Below, piece after piece: positions 7,950 through 13,743 of a stretch of 13,743 bases of DNA. Under the pieces are notes generated by a model that was not told the origin of the DNA, searched no databases, and was given only the letters and a program-made list of their open reading frames with translations. The DNA lies in contig JBIPSI010000059.1 in assembly GCA_044070495.1 (NCBI GenBank), positions 1 through 13,743 of the forward strand. Direction: 5' to 3'. The position numbers and the translations under genes are program-made. Each line of letters begins with the position of its first letter. Position 1 is the stretch's first letter. The DNA comes from Spirulina sp. (GTDB taxonomy: Bacteria > Cyanobacteriota > Cyanobacteriia > Phormidesmidales > Phormidesmidaceae).

Positions 7950-8349
7950 TCGGGGCGATATTCGCCTGATCCAGGAAGCCCTCAAAAGCACCGCCGTCCC
8001 CTGCGAGATTGTGATTGCGCGGGACGGCATGGAGGCCATGGCCTACCTCCAGCGCCAGGGGGAATTTGCCGACGCGATTTCCCCCGATTTGATTCTGCTG
8101 GATTTAAACCTACCCAAAAAAGACGGGCGGGAAGTGCTAGCCGAAATCAAAGGCAACGACGCCCTCAAACACATCCCCATCATCGTGCTCACCACCTCGC
8201 GCAACGAGGAGGACATTTACAAAAGCTACGATCTCCACGTCAACTGCTATATTTCCAAGTCTCGCAACTTAGCCCAACTGTTCAAAATTGTTCAGGGAAT
8301 TGAGGCATTTTGGCTAGAAACCGCGACATTGCCGCCGAATACCCCCTAA
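7903..8349 (+). CDS. rcp1: Single-domain phytochrome response regulator (Rcp1/RcpA type)
   Basis: FLVEDN, PDLILLDLNLPKKDGREVL (phospho-Asp), VLTTS, YISKSRNL, and C-terminal FWLETATLP dimerisation arm typical of phytochrome RRs. Start taken at ATG 7903; the ORF track gives 7882. Confidence 0.93.
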   Translation: MATDAKPKTIFLVEDNRGDIRLIQEALKSTAVPCEIVIARDGMEAMAYLQRQGEFADAISPDLILLDLNLPKKDGREVLAEIKGNDALKHIPIIVLTTSRNEEDIYKSYDLHVNCYISKSRNLAQLFKIVQGIEAFWLETATLPPNTP

Positions 8350-8360
8350 ATCCGGCTACG

Positions 8361-10358
8361 GTGCAGGTGCTCTTAATCGAAGACGACCTGGCCGAAGCCC
8401 GATTTTTGCAGGAGGTGCTGAAGGGAGCGCCCCGCAGCCAGTTTCAGCTTAGCCACGCTAAGCGTTTGGGGGAGGCGTTACAGAGCCTTCAGGAACAGCA
8501 TTTTGACGTGGCCCTGCTGGATCTCACCCTGCCCGACAGCAGCGGCCTAGATTCCCTCGATCTGCTGCTCCAGGAATCCCCTAGTCTACCCGTGGTGGTA
8601 CTCACCAACACCAACGACAACGAACTCGCCGTCAGTGCCGTTCGCCGGGGTGCCCAGGATTATTTGCTGAAGCGATCCCTCCAGCAGGAGGTGCTGGTGC
8701 GAGCCTTGTTCTACGCCATCGAACGACAGCGGGCCGAGGCTGCCCTGCGGGAAGCCAACGACGTTTTAGAAGACCGAGTCCGGGCCCGCACCGCCGAACT
8801 CGAAGCCGCCAACCACCACCTACGCCAGGAAATTGAAGAACGCCAGCGCATCCAGGAACGCCTCACCATGGCCCAGGACGCCGCCGCCATGGGCACCTTT
8901 GAATGGGCCTTGGCCGATTTTGCCTGTCTGCGCGATGCTCGCCTAAGCTGCCACAACAGCCAATGCCCCATGCCCTGGCGGCTGTACCCCGACGACTGCG
9001 AACAAATTGCCCAGGAACTGCGTTACGCCGTGCAGACCCGGCAAGGGCTAACCACCGAATTTCGCCTCCTAGACGACGATGGTGGCGTGCGGTGGCTGGC
9101 GATTAAAAGTACCCTGCTCTACGACGACCAGGGCGATCCAGATCGCCTGCTGGGCATCCACATGGATATCACCGACAAAAAACAAATGGAGGCCCAATTC
9201 CTGCGCTCCCAGCGCTTAGAGAGCCTGGGCACCCTAGCCAGCGGCATCGCCCACGACCTCAACAACATCCTTACCCCGATTCTCCTCGTCGTGCAACTGC
9301 TGCCCCTTAAACTGGGAAATTTGGATCCCTGGGTGGATAACAAACTCAAAATCCTTGAAACCAGCGCCCAGCGGGGGGCCGACATGGTGAAGCAAATTCT
9401 CACCTTTGCCCGTGGCCTAGAGGGCAAGCGCTTTCCCCTTCAGGTCAACCATCTGCTGCGAGATATTCGCAAGCTGGTGCAGCAAACCCTGCCCAAATCC
9501 ATTGATATTTATATGGATGTGCCCGACGATCTGTGGGCCGTCAGCGGCGATGCCACCCAGCTTCACCAGGTGTTTATGAACCTCTGTGTGAACGCCCGCG
9601 ATGCCATGCCCGACGGTGGCGTATTGCAAATCACCGCCCACAACTTCACGGCGGATACCGAGATCGTCCAGCAGTATCCCCAGGCTCGCCCCGGCCCCTA
9701 CGTCGTCATCCTGGTGACAGATACGGGGACGGGTATGGCCCCCGATATCCTGAACCGCATTTTCGACCCCTTCTTTACCACCAAAGCCCTCGGCCAAGGC
9801 ACCGGACTGGGCCTCTCGGCGGTGCTGGGCATTGTGGAAAGCCACGATGGCTTCATTGACGTTCATAGCGAAGTCGATCAGGGCAGCCAATTTTGCCTCT
9901 ACCTACCCGCCATTCCCCATGCCGCCCCCACCAGCCCCACACCCAGCGATCCCCTCGATGGTCACCAAGCCATGATCCTGGTCGTAGATGATGAACCCGC
10001 CATCGGTGAAGTGATCAAGGCGATCCTCGAAGTCCACAACTATCAGGTCATTATCGCCCCCGATGCCCCCACGGCCCTCGCCCTACTCGCTGAACACAAA
10101 ACCCGCATCGCCACTATTTTCATCGACCTGATGATGCCCACCATGGACGGCATCACCGCCCTACCCCTGCTGCGGCGCGTCAACTCCGAAGTCCCCGTCA
10201 TTGCCATGAGCGGCCTCAACCTAGCCGAAGCCACCACTGCCGAACCCCACGGATTCCAGGGTTTTCTGGCTAAGCCCTTCACCCACCAAGACCTGATCCA
10301 GCAATTGCAATCCCTACACTCAGGTGACTGGCCCAGTCCTGCCTTAGGCGTTGGATAG
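8361..10358 (+). CDS. Hybrid sensor histidine kinase REC-coiled coil-PAS/PAC-HisKA-HATPase-REC
   Basis: N-terminal REC (LLIEDD, LLDLTLPD, VLT, YLLK); PAC (EFRL...GGVRWL...DITDKK); H-box GIAHDLNNILTP; FMNLCVNARDAM; DTGTGM; FDPFFTTK; GTGLGL; C-terminal REC (VVDDE, IDLMMP, FLAKPF). Start is uncertain: GTG 8361 or TTG 8310. Confidence 0.93.
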   Translation: MQVLLIEDDLAEARFLQEVLKGAPRSQFQLSHAKRLGEALQSLQEQHFDVALLDLTLPDSSGLDSLDLLLQESPSLPVVVLTNTNDNELAVSAVRRGAQDYLLKRSLQQEVLVRALFYAIERQRAEAALREANDVLEDRVRARTAELEAANHHLRQEIEERQRIQERLTMAQDAAAMGTFEWALADFACLRDARLSCHNSQCPMPWRLYPDDCEQIAQELRYAVQTRQGLTTEFRLLDDDGGVRWLAIKSTLLYDDQGDPDRLLGIHMDITDKKQMEAQFLRSQRLESLGTLASGIAHDLNNILTPILLVVQLLPLKLGNLDPWVDNKLKILETSAQRGADMVKQILTFARGLEGKRFPLQVNHLLRDIRKLVQQTLPKSIDIYMDVPDDLWAVSGDATQLHQVFMNLCVNARDAMPDGGVLQITAHNFTADTEIVQQYPQARPGPYVVILVTDTGTGMAPDILNRIFDPFFTTKALGQGTGLGLSAVLGIVESHDGFIDVHSEVDQGSQFCLYLPAIPHAAPTSPTPSDPLDGHQAMILVVDDEPAIGEVIKAILEVHNYQVIIAPDAPTALALLAEHKTRIATIFIDLMMPTMDGITALPLLRRVNSEVPVIAMSGLNLAEATTAEPHGFQGFLAKPFTHQDLIQQLQSLHSGDWPSPALGVG

Positions 10359-11525
10359 ACGGGCAATGGCTTCGCCCCCAAGCCGCTGGTGGGTGTCGGC
10401 CAGCAGGGCAGGGATCTCCTTGGCGTAGGGGCTGTGGCGCAGACAATCGGAAAAATCCAGGTCGTGGATGGCCTCAGCCTTTTGGCCAGGGAACCAGTGG
10501 CCTCCGTTGCCTAGCAGGTTGTAGCGGGCCTTGGCAAATTCCTCCATGTCGTAGGCCAGCAGCAGATTTCGCAGCCACAGAATGACGGGAATGTTGACCT
10601 GGCCGGGGGTGTGTTCTGGGGTGGGCAGCCCTTGCCGCCAGTGGTTCATCCAGTCTTCGCCCAGAACGGTTTTGGCCCGCTGTTCGAGCCGTTCCAGGAT
10701 GGGGGCCAGGTGGGTTTCGGCCTCCGCCAGCAGGGGCAAGATCTTGAGGTGTGCGTCAAAGTCGCTGGGGCGGGCTGCGCCAATGCTGAGGGTGTGCACC
10801 TGCGGGCGGCTGAGGCAGAACAGATTGTTGAACCCGATGGGGCTGAGGGGGGAACAGAGATCCGCCAGGGTAGGAGACGGGTTGTAGAGATGACCGCCCT
10901 TATCGGAGGGGCTGATGATAAATACGCCCATATCGTGGCGCTGGGCGGCTTCAATGGCGGGCCAGTTGTCTTGGTTGATGTAGTACCAGTGCAGGTTCAC
11001 ATAGTCGAACTGGTCAGACTCGATGGCCTGCTGAATCACCTCTAGGGGGGCGTGGGTAGAAAAGCCGATGAACCGCACCCGCCCCTGCCGCTGAAAGTCC
11101 TGCGCCACCTCCAGGCAGCCCCCTGGTCGCAGCGTCCAGTCCAGCAGTTCGGCGGTGTTGACACCGTGGATGCCCAGCAAATCCACCGTTTCCAGCTTCA
11201 GGTTATCCAGAGATTGACCAAGGGTGCGGCGGAAGTCCTCTGGGTTTTCGGTGGGGGAGACCTTGGTTTGCACCATCATGCCATCGCGGGGCAGGGTGGG
11301 CAGAATTTGACCCAGTTGAATTTCCGAGGTGCCGTAGCCACGGGCCGTTTCGATGTGGTTGATGCCCAGGTCTAGGGCGCGGCGAATGGTGGCCTCTAGG
11401 TTGGCCTGGTTCTTGGCCGGAATCTCCGCCAGGGGCACATCCTTCCAGGAATGCTGATAGCGCATACCGCCGCAGGAAAACACAGGCATTTGCAGATTGG
11501 TGCGACCAAACCGACGGTACTGCAT
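10344..11525 (-). CDS. Aldo/keto reductase family oxidoreductase
   Basis: MQYRRFGRTNL..PVFSCGGMR; GINHIETARGYGTSE; QTKV; LLGIHG; RFIGFSTH; DMGVFIISP. ATG at 11525 gives the family-typical MQYRRFG start. Confidence 0.92.
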   Translation of the reverse strand: MQYRRFGRTNLQMPVFSCGGMRYQHSWKDVPLAEIPAKNQANLEATIRRALDLGINHIETARGYGTSEIQLGQILPTLPRDGMMVQTKVSPTENPEDFRRTLGQSLDNLKLETVDLLGIHGVNTAELLDWTLRPGGCLEVAQDFQRQGRVRFIGFSTHAPLEVIQQAIESDQFDYVNLHWYYINQDNWPAIEAAQRHDMGVFIISPSDKGGHLYNPSPTLADLCSPLSPIGFNNLFCLSRPQVHTLSIGAARPSDFDAHLKILPLLAEAETHLAPILERLEQRAKTVLGEDWMNHWRQGLPTPEHTPGQVNIPVILWLRNLLLAYDMEEFAKARYNLLGNGGHWFPGQKAEAIHDLDFSDCLRHSPYAKEIPALLADTHQRLGGEAIARLSNA

Positions 11526-11635
11526 AGGGGAAAGTTCACAAAACGTCATGAAAACTACCCCCCACGGTAATCAATGCTCTGCCCCTTGTAAAGACGCAGA
11601 CAGGGACATGGGGATCTGGCCCTCGAATCTGAAGC

Positions 11636-12478
11636 CTATACAGGAACAGCCGGGGTGTCTGGGGTGGCAAAATAGGCCTGGAGTTGGCGGTACAGGTCGG
11701 CGGTGGAGCGGCTGAGGTCTAGGCTGAGGAGAGCCCCGCTGGGGTGGTAGCGCTGGATCACCGCTTGCAGGGCGTGGGGAATGTCTGTGTCTAGCCCCGA
11801 TAGGGCGGCGGCCACCTCGTCGGCGAGGCGGCCACTCCCGGCCACCACCAGCAGGGGCCGACCTGCCTCTAGATTAATGTGGAGATCGAGGGCCGCAATC
11901 TGTCCGCCGTTAATCAGTAGGGTGAGGGCGGGTTTGGGTGTGGCTACCGCTGTGGCCAAATCAGAAATCCAGGCCGACTCACTGCCCCAATCCTGACCAG
12001 GAATCAGCAAGAAATGAGTGTGGTGAGGCTCTAGATCATGGCAAGAATTATCCGTCGGGGATGGCGAAAATTCCGTAGACATGGGGTAGGCATTCGTTAC
12101 GGACGGGGGCAATTTGGCCTGTCCCTGGGGCAACACCCCAACCAGGGGAAAGGTACCCCCCAGTCGCTGCCGAGCCCGCCCCATCAGCCGCATGACCCCG
12201 GCATCGGTACCGCCGTCAATCACGGTCAGGTTATAGGCTTGGGCCAGGGGGGCTAGCACCTGATCAAACAACACCTGGAGCCGTTGCAAGCAGTCGTCCG
12301 CCATAAAACCCGCTCCGCCAATGATCACCAAGGTGGGGCGAGGATGCTCTAGGGTCGCGAGATCGAGAGCTTGCAGACTGGTGTGGTGGGGCGCAAGCCA
12401 AAGCCCCTTGGCGCAGTGCCCGCTAGGGAAAGAGAGGGTGAAGGGGCCGGAGACAACGGGATCTGCCATGGTGCGCAT
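11636..12478 (-). CDS. SLOG-superfamily protein of the TRPM-related LSDAT (prokaryotic) type
   Basis: PRPTLVIIGGAG; VIDGGTDAGVMRLMG; PLVGV; LEPHHTHFLLIPG..WGSE; LLINGG; PLLVVAGSGRLAD. These parallel the TRPM N-terminal motifs (TGG...GVM..VG; L...HSHF.LV; PVVV..GSGR.AD). Alternative ATG at 12469. Confidence 0.85.
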   Translation of the reverse strand: MRTMADPVVSGPFTLSFPSGHCAKGLWLAPHHTSLQALDLATLEHPRPTLVIIGGAGFMADDCLQRLQVLFDQVLAPLAQAYNLTVIDGGTDAGVMRLMGRARQRLGGTFPLVGVLPQGQAKLPPSVTNAYPMSTEFSPSPTDNSCHDLEPHHTHFLLIPGQDWGSESAWISDLATAVATPKPALTLLINGGQIAALDLHINLEAGRPLLVVAGSGRLADEVAAALSGLDTDIPHALQAVIQRYHPSGALLSLDLSRSTADLYRQLQAYFATPDTPAVPV

Positions 12479-12535
12479 TTATATCCACTGCGTTTGGGAG
12501 TGCCCAGACCAGAAAACACCCAGCCTCCCAGTCTT

Positions 12536-13303
12536 CTACGCCACCAGGTCAGGGATGGCCGCTTCGTCTAGGTCAAAGTTGGCGGTTACGGATTGCACAT
12601 CGTCCAGGTCTTCCAGGGCTTCCATCAGTTTCATTAACAATCGTGCCTGATCCGGATCGCTAACCACAACAGTGTTACTCGGAATCCAGCGTAATTCACT
12701 CTGCTGCACGGTATACCCATGGGCCTTCAGGGCCGTATCCAACAACTCCAAATCCGCTGGGGCACAAAACACCTCGGCTCCAGGGGTATCTTCATCGAGG
12801 TCGATCATCTCGTAGGTTTCGGCTCCTCCTTCCAGGGCCGCCTCCAGCAGGGCATCCTCATCGCCGGGATGGGCCACGGTAACCACCCCCTTTTGGTCAA
12901 ACATCCAGCCCACGCAGCCCGTTTCTCCCAGGTTGCCGTTGCGTTTGCTAAAGGCGGCTCGCAGGTCGGCAGCGGTGCGATTGCGGTTGTCGGTTAGGGC
13001 TTCGATCAGCACCGCCACCCCCCCAGGGCCATAGCCTTCGTAGCGGATGGCCTCATAGTTGTCGTCGGCCCCCAACTGCCCTGCTCCCTTGGCAATGGCG
13101 CGGTCAATATTGTCGTTGGGCACCCCGGCGGCCTTGGCCTTGTCAATGGCGGTACGCAACTGAAAATTACCCGCTGGATCTGCTCCCCCCAGCCGGGCCG
13201 CCACAATAATTTCCCGCGACATTTTGGCAAACACCTTGCCCTTCACCGCATCCACACGGGCCTTCTGCCGTTTAATGTTGGCCCATTTACTATGACCTGC
13301 CAT
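12536..13303 (-). CDS. yebC: YebC/PmpR (TACO1) family protein
   Basis: [62 protein letters not shown]. Confidence 0.97.
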   Translation of the reverse strand: MAGHSKWANIKRQKARVDAVKGKVFAKMSREIIVAARLGGADPAGNFQLRTAIDKAKAAGVPNDNIDRAIAKGAGQLGADDNYEAIRYEGYGPGGVAVLIEALTDNRNRTAADLRAAFSKRNGNLGETGCVGWMFDQKGVVTVAHPGDEDALLEAALEGGAETYEMIDLDEDTPGAEVFCAPADLELLDTALKAHGYTVQQSELRWIPSNTVVVSDPDQARLLMKLMEALEDLDDVQSVTANFDLDEAAIPDLVA

Positions 13304-13331
13304 GCCTCACAAGGGAATTACTGCATGTTCG

Positions 13332-13337
13332 ATTCTA
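13332..13337 (-). promoter_or_regulatory. Candidate -10 element for yebC
   Basis: TAGAAT on the minus strand about 29 nt upstream of the yebC ATG. No clear -35. Confidence 0.3.
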
Positions 13338-13603
13338 TCGCCTGACTCGCTCTGATCTACCACACAGGCCTCACCAATCCATGGAAGGAAAGTCAGCATC
13401 CTTGTCCATGTCCACCACCGACCCAAGTATCATCACGCAAAACTCGATATAATCCCGATCCTTCAATTCAGGGCAATCTTAAGAAAAAGCAAAGGGAAAG
13501 ATAAGGATTTGATAAAGATTTTGCCCTTGCGCAGCAAAGTCAGCCAGACATCTGCACGGGTTAATAGATGCCCTCAATTCAATACGTCTGAGGCGCACGT
13601 CTC

Positions 13604-13743
13604 GGGAGCATGTCACCTTTGCGGTGAGTAGAAATGCTTAAGAGGACGGGGCACTGGAAAAGCTGAGCTGTATCAGCGAGAATCAAAGCGATCTACGACA
13701 TAGCTAAAGCCATGAACCCAGACCAAGAGCAAGCCCTTAAAGC
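13604..13743 (+). mobile_element. Probable left end of an ISKra4-family insertion sequence, truncated by the window edge
   Basis: GGGAGCATGTCACCTTTGC at 13604 resembles the GGGAGCAT.. termini I recall for cyanobacterial ISKra4-type elements. It is followed by an ORF start at 13712. Confidence 0.6.
13712..13743 (+). CDS. N-terminus of a probable ISKra4-type transposase ORF (partial)
   Basis: ATG AAC CCA GAC CAA GAG CAA GCC CTT AAA GC = MNPDQEQALKA, similar to the M(T/N)PE..Q.L..H...IA.ILY starts of such ORFs. Only 11 codons are visible. Confidence 0.5.
   Translation, partial: MNPDQEQALK

Noticed and set aside
6291..13230. Numerous short antisense or alternate-frame ORFs inside cph1, the kinase, AKR, SLOG and yebC
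   Set aside because: They lie largely or wholly within well-supported genes and have no motifs of their own.
13381..13452. 23-codon ORF MEGKSASLSMSTTDPSIITQNSI
   Set aside because: It is too short, has no RBS, and resembles nothing I recognise.
13470..13527. Imperfect IR AGGGCAATCTT / AAGATTTTGCCCT around a purine-rich loop as an ncRNA or terminator
   Set aside because: It needs a 2-nt bulge and a ~34-nt loop, and no RNA family features support it.

Overview
GC-rich chromosomal window from a cyanobacterium. A filamentous Leptolyngbya/Nodosilinea-like lineage is inferred from gene content and repeats and is not proven. From left to right it holds a composite palindromic intergenic repeat, then four minus-strand genes: an AMIN/Pro-rich/TrbI-like envelope protein, an ArsR/SmtB regulator, a secreted hypothetical protein and glucosyl-3-phosphoglycerate synthase (gpgS). 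A ~790 bp divergent intergenic region follows, then a plus-strand phytochrome operon (cph1/aphA-type phytochrome, rcp1-type receiver, REC-PAS-HK-REC hybrid kinase). A convergent minus-strand run comes next (yebC, a TRPM-type SLOG/LSDAT protein, an aldo/keto reductase), and the probable left end of an ISKra4-family IS sits at the right edge. The best leads are a Cys-rich remodelled PAS domain in the phytochrome-linked kinase, a stand-alone LSDAT SLOG protein without its usual SLATT partner, and an AMIN-proline linker-VirB10/TrbI-like protein with no secretion genes nearby. All family assignments come from motif recognition by eye; no searches were run.
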